Below, one piece after another: positions 44,098 through 64,000 of a stretch of 64,000 bases of DNA; positions within the stretch are counted from its first letter, which is position 1; every line of letters begins with the position of its first letter. The DNA lies in the NCBI GenBank assembly GCA_012295275.1, contig CM022675.1:9734001-9798000 (forward strand), in the 5' to 3' direction. Source of the DNA: Chrysomallon squamiferum. Lineage: Eukaryota > Animalia > Mollusca. Both the position numbers and the translations under genes were made by a program. The notes beneath the pieces were generated by a model, which had not been told where the DNA came from, did not search any database, and saw only the letters and a program-made list of their open reading frames with translations.

Positions 44098-45532
44098 CAT
44101 ACCAGGGAAGAATTAACGATTTCAGATAGATGAAGTAATATATTCATTGCGGATACGCTATATAAACATCCTAGATGAAATAACGACTTTAATTACAAAA
44201 AAATAAAACGAACATAAAACACTGATCGATACAGGCAACGCCCATCCGGCATATTTACATTGCTTGGTATATTTTGCCGATGGTCTGAGTTTAAATATGC
44301 TTTAAGTACATGAAAAGAAAAAAAACCCCAGTAATTATAATGGAAAGGAAAGAAATGAAGGGAGATCGAAAATACAGAAACAAATATTAATTAAAACTTT
44401 CAAGTGCTTTAAGAAAATGGCTGTTTTACCAAGGAAAACGTCATTGACAAAATAATAAGCAACAGCCAATAAAACACAAACATAATTCCCCCCCCATAGC
44501 TGAGGCACTCTGGCTGGAACGGGAAAACGGATTTCAAGGAAGAAGAAAGACCAATAACTGTTTAACCGAATGAAACCATGGAAACGAATCGAATATGTTG
44601 GTTAGAAACTATGAGTTTAGTTTTCGCGGATGAAGAATTCAAAACAGGGGAGGGAAGTGCGCAGAATGAAAACAAGAAAGTGACATTCTTTTAAGAATGA
44701 CGTAATTTATAAACAGACGTACCAGGAAATGGGTGTGACACATAAGTTGATCCACTGCCCGTTACCCGAAACCGCGTAGGAACTAAACAAGCTTAAATGG
44801 GTAGAATGAACGGTTACATCTCTGTTATTAGGTAACAACCGCTAAAAACAACCCCAAAGATTTTCGTGTATTGAAATTTCATTTTATTTAAATCTGGTCT
44901 CTTTATTATTATGATCGATATCTTCATTTTATCATCGTTATCATCCCTATCTTTTTTTTTTATTATCATGATATCATTTTTCAAGATTATTATTATTATC
45001 GTCATTTTTCACGATTATTATTATTATAATTACATACATCATATATATATGTGTGTCATCATAACGTTATATATATATATATAAAAACATATAATATGTT
45101 TTATATTTTTTATGTTTTTTTTTTTTTCATTTATTTGTTTTATAAGTCTGAATGTGAGAGTCACATTTTTGCAGCATTCACGAATATCATAAATATCAGG
45201 TGAAAAGAGGCAATAAAATTATGATGAATTTAATTTTTATAATTTGAAGAAAAAATGAGTTTCTTTTTCAAAGAAATAGGCATTATATAAAATATAAAAT
45301 CGCAACCGCCAAAATCACCCCAAACAAAGAAAATACAGCAAAACAAACAAATAAATAAATTAATAAAAGAATATAAAGAAAGAAAAAACAAATGAAATAA
45401 ATAAATAAAATCACAACACAATCTGATTTTGTCATTAAGAACCTAAGTCTTTGTGTCCCTTAATTTAAAGGTCTTACTTTCTATATAAAAAAAGAAAGAA
45501 AACAGAACGTATTTTATTTATTTATAGTTGGG

Positions 45533-45645
<113 letters not shown>

Positions 45646-46713
45646 TTTTGAGACAAAAAACGTGTGTACACAGTATAAAAATCATAAAATTGTCAAAAGC
45701 AATCAATCTTGCCTATGATATTCATATTTGTGTTACTTATATATTATCTACAATAAATTTTATATAATATGTGTGTTCTGAATTTATTTTTACTGATTGA
45801 AGTTTCTGTATAAATATAGATTTTGAGAATCAGTGATGCCAAAAAAGAGATAGAAACAAACTATAAGATAATAATAATAATGGTAATAATGATAACAATA
45901 AAAATAATAAAATAATTGTCATAATAATAATAATAATAATAAATAATTATAATAAATTAAATAAATAAATAAATTCATTGTGAAAAAAAAGAAAAAAATC
46001 AACTTTTAAAGCTATAAATTTCTGAAAATGAATAGTTTCCATGAGTTCTCTTAGTGAATGATGAATAACATGATTAATTAATGATTATAATGTATCAAAT
46101 AATAACATATCAGTCCTTTTTTTTAATTATTATAAATTTCTATTATAATTTAAAAAAATATTTAATAATTTTTATTTAATATTTTAAATATGATTTTATA
46201 GAATAACAACAACAATGTAATAGTAATAATAATAATAATAGTATTAATAACAATAACAATAACAACAACTATGATAAAGAAAAGGTTTTGATATGATTTA
46301 TTCTAAGAGCAAAATATATTATCACAGATAAAAGATATATAAAATAAATTTTACTTTCAAAAATGTATTGTGTGAAATTATATCTTGTTCTTCCATGGTT
46401 ACATAATAAAAAATAAAAATCTGCAAACAATAATTGGAGAAGCGTAATTATTTCTATTTTTTAATTATTTTTTTAATATTAATATTACTATTTTATTATT
46501 ATTATTGGGTTTTTTAAATTACAAAAGAAAAGAAAATATGTATTTTACAGAAACTAATTAATGTTAAATAAAAAATATAATGTAAAAAAAAAAAATATAT
46601 ATATATATATATATATTATATGTTTGTTGTGTGCACCAAATTATCAATTTAGAGGAAATAAAAATAAAATGCTGAATATAAAATAATAATCATGATAATG
46701 ATGATAACAATAA

Positions 46714-46748
<35 letters not shown>

Positions 46749-46806
46749 TAATAGTAATAATAATAATAAAAATAGTAACAATAACAATAATAACAATAAT
46801 ATTAAT

Positions 46807-46856
<50 letters not shown>

Positions 46857-47483
46857 CAATAATATTAATAATTTATAAAAGAAAACAAAATTCAGTGCAC
46901 CACATTTCTAATAAATTAATTAATAAATCAAATATACTATGCTATGGAATAAAGAACCTAGCAACTGTTCATATTTTTAAATTAAGAAACACTGTAATAA
47001 TAAATAAATAATTAAAAAAATATATCTAATATATTTTAAAAAGAAACATAAAAAACCAATAAATAAACAATAAATTAAAAATAAAATAAAATAAAATAAA
47101 ATAAAAAATCAATAAATAAATTAGAAGAATCAATCAATAAATAAATAAAATAAATATATCCAATATATTTAAAAAATAAACATAAAAAATCAATAAATAA
47201 ACAATAAATTTAAAAAAAAATAAAATAAAAAAAAATAAAAAAAATAAAAAAAAAAAATAAAATAAATAAAATAAAATAAATATATAAAATTAAAATAAAA
47301 AAATAAAAAAAAAAAAATAAATAAATAAATAAATATACAAAAGAAATAAACTAAATATATTCAGTGCACCAAAAAACTCTAAATTTAATAAGGTCAGCCA
47401 CATGAGGTAACTCCAGAGATACAAACCTACAAAGTACTAAAAACAACTCCACTTATTTTCTTTAATTACACAAAACATTTAGG

Positions 47484-47606
47484 TTATCTTTCCAAGCTCG
47501 TTTTCTGAATAGCTTCGTTAATGATATTTCTCATGTAATTAATTGTCTGGCGTGGATCTTCACTTTTAACCAGAGCACTGCCAGATATAATCACATTTGC
47601 TCCAGC
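47484..47606 (-). CDS. RPE: RPE coding exon 5 (40 aa + stop)
   Basis: [40 protein letters not shown]; acceptor tttcag. Confidence 0.95.
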   Translation of the reverse strand, partial: AGANVIISGSALVKSEDPRQTINYMRNIINEAIQKTSLER

Positions 47607-49462
47607 CTGAAATAAGAATAATAATAATATTATTACTTTAAAGGAAAAAAAATTAAAATCAGTGTTATTATCTTTTTAGTATGTGGTAAGTATATCTGGA
47701 ATATTGACATTTGTTCCCATCATAAAAAAATATATAATAATATAAAAAATAAAAAAGTGAATAAAATAACATTTTAAAAAATGTATCATGGGATTTTATC
47801 TCAGCCATATTATAAAGATTTTAAGAAAAAGTGTGTTTGCATGTGTATCTGTGTTTGTGTGTGTGTGTCTGTGAATCTCTCAGTATATATGTGTTTGCTT
47901 GTGTGAATGTATATACGTGAGTGTTTGTTGGTTTGTATCTATTTGTGTGTGCATGCAGGTGCATGTGCATGTGTATATTCACTAATCAAAATACCTCGGC
48001 ACATTCATGGATTGTAGTTGGCCCCACCCCACCATCCACCTCTATATCCATGTTGTGAAATTTATCTCTCAGGAATTTCACCTGTTAACAGATTTATATA
48101 GATCAAAGACTGTAAAACAACAGTATTACTTAAATATAAAAACATACAAAATAAAATAAAAAATTGTTAAAAAAGTTACAAAAATAAAATTAAAAGTAAA
48201 CATAAAAAAAGTAATAATAATAATATAAAAAAAGATTTAAAAAAATTAAAAATTAAGATTAAAATAATATAAAAAAACATTTGAAATAAAATAATAAAAA
48301 TAATAAAAATAATTAATAAAACATCAAAAAATTAAAATAAAATTAAAAAATAAAATAAAATAAAATAATATAGAACAAAATAAAACAAAAACAGAAAATT
48401 CTTTATTAAATTAGCATGTTAACATAATTCAATAAGCTTCATTCTTTTAATCATTTAAAGGAATTTTTAAAGTAATTTATTTTTAATTTAAACAAAATAT
48501 AACATAAATCATATTCAGTCAACTGAACAAATGGATGTAGTTTCTGCATTACTCAGAATACTTGAAAAACACTTATTAAGCAATAACATAAACTGATTAT
48601 CTCTGAAAAAGTGTAAAATTATCTGTTTCTTTGGGATGATAAAAATTTTAAAACAATATAAAATTTCACCCGTACCTTCGGCATGCATTCTGACATGAAT
48701 TTCTGTCCACCGAATCCAGGCCAAACTGTCATGATGAGGATTAGATCCACAGACTCAATGAATGGCAAAACAACATCAGCTGATGTGCCAGGGTTAATTG
48801 CCAAACCAACCTGTCATGCAAAATAATTTTATGATAATTTTTAAAAAAATGTTTAAGAATAATCTCTCTCTCTCTCTTTCTATAGATAGACAGATAGATC
48901 TAGACAGGTAAAGAGTCAGAAGATCAAGTGACAGACATAGTAACATAGTGACAGCAAGATACATCTGCATAAAGGCCAGTAAACACACACAGACACACAC
49001 AGATAGAAGGTAAATAATGAAACTGATAGAGATATGCCATCCAGTGATCAATCTTTAGAAAGTCAGAATTTATTAGTTCAGAGAAACACATTAAAAACAA
49101 AAATAATGTATGTTATGTAATGTAACATGATATATAATAAAAAGTAATATTGTTAAAAAATAATAATAAAATAAAACGGAAGTAATAAAATAAAATGAAG
49201 TAATAAAATAAAATAAAATAAATGAAAGAATCATAAAAAAATGAATCTTTATGTTTTACTGCTTTACTGCACACAGTGAGGTGTAATAGAGAGCTGACAA
49301 CTTAGTACTTACTTTCATCCCAGCCTCCCTGATCTTGCGAATACATTTGGCTGGGTCAGAGGTCGCTTCGTAGTGGAATGAATACATATTAGCTCCAGCC
49401 CCTGACATATCCTCTACCCACTTCAAAAAAAAAAATAATAAAAAAAAAAAATTAAAATAAAA

Positions 49463-49501
<39 letters not shown>

Positions 49502-50381
49502 ATACTACTACTACTAATAATAATAATAATATTAAATTAGTTTTAAATATTTTACTCTATATATATTTCAGTAAATACGTTGGTAATGTGAAAACATGTG
49601 CATTAATCCAAGGGACATAACTCCTATACATTTCATCAGAAATAACCAGTAACTAACATAAATTTACATTATTTTAATATCAATATTTTTATTATTTATA
49701 TTTCAGTTTTTATCACATTTTATGACAGTATCCAATAATGGCAATATTCATACATTTTGTTTGTTTGTTTGTTTAGTAAGTAAATTTAAAGGGAGTTAAC
49801 TGTCATAATAGCAAATAGTGAAATACAGACACTGAAACAGAATAGTGGTCATGTCAACAAGAATGAAAGAAATACTAGTTGTGTTGATTCATAATGTTAC
49901 TTTTTGTAGTCTCTAGAATATATGTAACATTATTATTATTATTATAATTTAACTTTTTATATTATTCGTATTATAATTTTCCATCAGGTATAACTTTAAC
50001 AGGTTTAATATTGTAAAATACAAGTAAAATTCTGGATAAAAATGGTTGTCAATATTATTATATTCAAACTGAAATTTACCCAGAAATTAAATCAAATTTT
50101 AATGTTAACATAAACGTAATCGATAAACATTTGGAAACCTTTTCAGGGTCGGAAACCATCATATGCATTTCTAAAAATGCCCCCGGAATGTGAGGTCGAA
50201 GACATTTGACAACTGGATGTCCGAAAGTCAGGTTGGGGACAAAATGACCATCCATAACATCCAAATGCAGGTAATCGGCACCACAATCCATAAATCGTTT
50301 GCATTCAGAAGCTAGATTTGATAAATCGGCATTGAGAATTGATGGGGCAATTTTGCAACAAGCTCCACAGGAGGTCGCCAT
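47484..50381 (-). CDS. RPE: Ribulose-phosphate 3-epimerase, 231 aa; complement join(47484..47606,47995..48081,48676..48810,49313..49420,50139..50381)
   Basis: Family motifs [61 protein letters not shown] and AGAN..ISGSA. The metal ligands H39, D41, H73 and D178 are present. All four introns are GT-AG, phase 0. Confidence 0.97.
47995..48081 (-). CDS. RPE: RPE coding exon 4 (29 aa)
   Basis: [29 protein letters not shown]; acceptor aacag, donor gtattt. Confidence 0.95.
48676..48810 (-). CDS. RPE: RPE coding exon 3 (45 aa)
   Basis: VGLAINPGT...[19 protein letters not shown]; acceptor gacag, donor gtacgg. Confidence 0.95.
49313..49420 (-). CDS. RPE: RPE coding exon 2 (36 aa)
   Basis: [36 protein letters not shown]; acceptor ttttgaag, donor gtaagt. 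Confidence 0.93.
50139..50381 (-). CDS. RPE: RPE coding exon 1 (81 aa)
   Basis: [19 protein letters not shown]...HMMVSDPEK; donor AAG|gtttcc. Confidence 0.93.
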
Positions 50382-60136
<9,755 letters not shown>

Positions 60137-61314
60137 AACAATTTTTTCATTTTAAAAAATACATTTTCTTTTCATTAATCATTTCAAACCTTTTATTTCA
60201 AAAAAAAAATACCAAAAAATATTTCTTTTTTTTTTTTTTTTTTTTTTTTAATTATTATTCTTTTTCCGGTTTCTTTTTTCTTTCTTAATTTTTCAAAAAA
60301 TAAATTTTTTCTTTTTTTTTTCTTTTTTTTATTATTACGTTTTTTTTTTATTATTGTTATTTATTTTGGCAAAGTGCTTAAAGAAACAGTTTCATTATTT
60401 AAATTTGAATATATATATATATTTAATTTTTTTTTTTTTTCAATTTTCACTTCATGGCATTATTGTATGTTTGATTGAGAGAGAGAGAGAGAGAAAGCAA
60501 AATGAATTTACTCTGCATGTAAATTTAATTTTCTGTCTGTACAAAATGCACATGCATGCATGTTCATAATGTGAGTAATTACATATATGTAACCATGTTT
60601 GTTATTTATGTAAAATGTAAATATTATGGATTACACTTGCTTGTAACATTTTCTTTAAATTAAAATTTAAAATATTTATTGCTGCAGATTATTATTGAGA
60701 AATTAGTTTTTAATTAACATTTATTTAATTGTCTTGTGCTAATCAGTATTGTTTTGCTTTATTTATTATTTTTGAATTTTGAAGAATAAAATGAAAGAAA
60801 TCAGAAAAAAATAGTGTTTAAATTACATAATGGAAAATTTGCTTGACAGTTTGAATTGGATTTTTATTTTTTTATTTTTTTTATGTCATATATATATATA
60901 TATATATGTAATAATATATATTATTGCTACTACTATATTTTAATAATTATTAAAATTTTATTAATTTGATACATTGTGCTAACATTAAGGTGCAGTTTAT
61001 TTTAATTTTTTATTTAAATTCAGTCATTTTTCAGATTTGTTTACCGTTTATTTATACATTTTTCAATTTATATTTAATTACATTTCTTCGTTTCTTTTTT
61101 TTTCATTAATGATTAAATCAAAACTGTTTCATTTATTTTCATCATTTTTTGGTTATGATCAGTCACTTATATTATGATACAAACATAATGTTATTCACAG
61201 TGTGGATTATAAGATTATAAATTTTAATATATACTTTGATAGATTTTGCTTGTCACATAGTTAGTCATCATCATCTTCATAATTATCAATGCTTTTGTAC
61301 ATTTCACTCATTTG

Positions 61315-61357
<43 letters not shown>

Positions 61358-61412
61358 TTTATTATTACAATTATGATTATTAACATTATTATTACCATTA
61401 TTATGATCATTA

Positions 61413-61451
<39 letters not shown>

Positions 61452-61520
61452 TAATATTATTATTATTATTATTATTTATTATTAATAATTTATCATTTTA
61501 TTATTATTATTCATACCATA

Positions 61521-61586
<66 letters not shown>

Positions 61587-61837
61587 GTTAATGGAATGTT
61601 TAATGTAGTATTGTCTCATCCACATACAAACCTGTACAAAACCTCCCATGCTGTAAATTTGTTCTCTAATAAATTGTACAGTAATATGCTTTTCTTGTTT
61701 TAATTACATTTATTATTATTATTGTTGTTGTTATTATTATTATTTATTTTTTTTATTTTTTTTTTTTTTTTTTGAGGTCTTATGGTTAGAAGGAAACTTT
61801 TTCTTGTTAAAATCTACTATTAAGATATTATTATTTG

Positions 61838-61880
<43 letters not shown>

Positions 61881-62189
61881 GTTATTGTTATTATTATTAT
61901 TATTTACATTATTTAAATATTGTTATTTTTATGTGTCTAAGGTTACAGAGAAAAATCTGCTGTCACAATATATCTGCAATCTTTTTCTATGGATTCCACT
62001 AAGGCGATCAAGAAAATATTATTATTATTTTTTTTCTAAATATTTATTTATTACATTAAACATCCTTAGAAATTATATATTGAAATATCTATGTAGATAT
62101 GTGATCCAGATAAGCAAACTGTTTTTAGCAATATCAGACTGAGTAAACATGGTAAGTAAATACATAGATAAAAAAAATTTCCCTAAAAG

Positions 62190-63060
62190 TAAACAAAATG
62201 GCTGCCGCTAAATATTAGGACACTGGATATTTTATTAACAGAATATACAAAATTTTAGTACAAGGTCGTTTGTGTAGGGTAAAAAAATAAATAAATAAAC
62301 ATATTAATAAATAATAATAATAAATTAATAAATACAATTTTAAAAATTCAGAAAATATTACGTCGGAATACATTTATTGTATGTTAAGCATTATTTAATA
62401 AATAAAAATGAACTCATAGCATATCAATTCAAAATGTTGATGCTGAGCATTTAAAAAATGCATTTTATGTTAAATAAATAAGCAAGTGTAAGTAAATCAA
62501 CAAAGTTCTGGTACGTATAAATCAAGCGGATCTGTTTTATTGTTCTTATCAACGACTTGACGTCACGAGTTGAGGCTTTCTCTTAGTCATGTCTTGTAAA
62601 ATGATAAGCTGTCTGCTTCATTATAGATGTAACAGCATTTTCAATTTTACTATTGGAAATCCATGATTATTAGGTGGGAAAAAAATTAAAATAAATAAAT
62701 AAATAAACAAAAATAAATAAATAAATAATAGTCCCTGATGTACTTAGCTCACGTAAACGTTACGGTTCTTTCGCGTTCTTTTAAAATTAAATAATTAATA
62801 TTGATCAATATTGTTATGTCTGTGTAACACTAGTACTCAGTTACAGAGGGTATTCTCCAACATGCGCATGATTCGATTCACTTATAATTTCGCTAAACGA
62901 TCCAATTACGTAAGTCTAGGACGGTCTGACTTAAAAGTACGCGCAACAGAATTAGCACCAGCATATTATTTATTATACACACTTGTTTACAATGAATCGT
63001 TTCACTTATTCAGGCTCACACTTTTTTACTGAAGCGATCACAAACTCGTTTTGCCGTAAG
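62190..63060. promoter_or_regulatory. Candidate promoter or non-coding first exon of a further gene
   Basis: CpGs reappear. YY1-like AAAATGGCTGCCGC at ~62195, CRE at 62558, NRF1-like palindrome CATGCGCATG at 62861, and a + strand donor GCC|GTAAGT at ~63056. No coding exon was identified. Confidence 0.35.
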
Positions 63061-64000
63061 TAAAAAAAAAAAAAAAAAAAAATATGATGTTCAACAATAC
63101 CTCAGCATGTGTAACTGTAACTGCAGCACTATTAATTCTTATATAATTGCGAGGGACTGAACTAAAAGCACCAAGCATAATCTAAAGATACATAAACCCC
63201 ATTAACATGTCTGCGGTTTATTTCTCCTTGTTTAGACGTAAATTACTTGGGGGGAAATTCCTCCAAGACACGTGGGACATTAATATATGGTAAACACTGT
63301 CACTGGTGATATCTTAAGGAACCCAGGACAGTAATGATCTGCCAGTATTGGTCAGGGGTGTGATACGTTATCTGTGTGACTGTGGTGAAAGAGAGAAGAG
63401 AGAATATCTGGCAAGGGAGAAAGACGTTTGAGCCAATTTTCTGCATTATAATTACTATACTTTTTTTTTTTTCATAAGGTTTTACTGTTATATGTATATC
63501 ATGTTGTACAGTCAGACAGAGAAATTAAAGGTATAATCAAGATGGATACTTGTGTAGTTTTTGTGTGAGGGTGCTTTATGCACCCGACCACATAATAAAG
63601 ACTTGAAAGAAGAAACTAATACCCGATATTATCCAGGTACTTGTAAATTAGCAGCAAATATTTCGTTTCCTCCCAAACCAGTAATAGCTGGAGAAATGGC
63701 CCAAAGAATACAATGAGAAGGATTGAAACTGTTATCTACTGCACCCCAGGCCTACACATTAAAGTTAATGTCCACAGCTCAGAGCATGTACGCGCTCGCG
63801 GGCACGCACAAACACACACACACAAATTGTGATTTCTGCCCACGTCTTTCCAAATATGCAAATTAAAGATAACCTTTGGCGATATGAAGAAATAATCTAA
63901 ATATATTCTGCATACTTCCAAATTATGTTTGTGTTTTGTTTGTTTTTTTGTGATGGTTTTCTCTTTATATTTATTTATTTATTTATTTATCTTGTTTTTG

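Overview
Eukaryotic (animal) genomic DNA: very AT-rich, spliceosomal GT-AG introns and an extreme density of microsatellites. The overall look suggests an invertebrate, possibly a mollusc or cephalopod, but that is inference. Nearly all entries in the supplied ORF track are microsatellite artefacts. Three spliced protein-coding genes can be assembled by hand. (1) An uncharacterised small single-pass membrane protein on + (39748-42283, with a possible alternative last exon to 43807). (2) Ribulose-5-phosphate 3-epimerase RPE on - (5 coding exons, 231 aa, 47484-50381). (3) Abl-interactor ABI on + (7 core exons, 422 aa, plus two candidate frame-preserving cassette exons, 51021-60136). RPE and ABI are head-to-head with 639 bp between the ATGs. 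The first ~39 kb has no recognisable coding exon. It consists of CpG-retaining unique islands rich in CRE, D-box, E-box and nuclear-receptor motifs, separated by simple repeats, plus pogo/Tigger-like MITEs, minisatellites and several notable inverted repeats. The RPE and ABI gene bodies look CpG-depleted, suggesting mosaic gene-body methylation. No prokaryotic-type systems (CRISPR, operons, defence islands), rRNA or intact tRNA were found.
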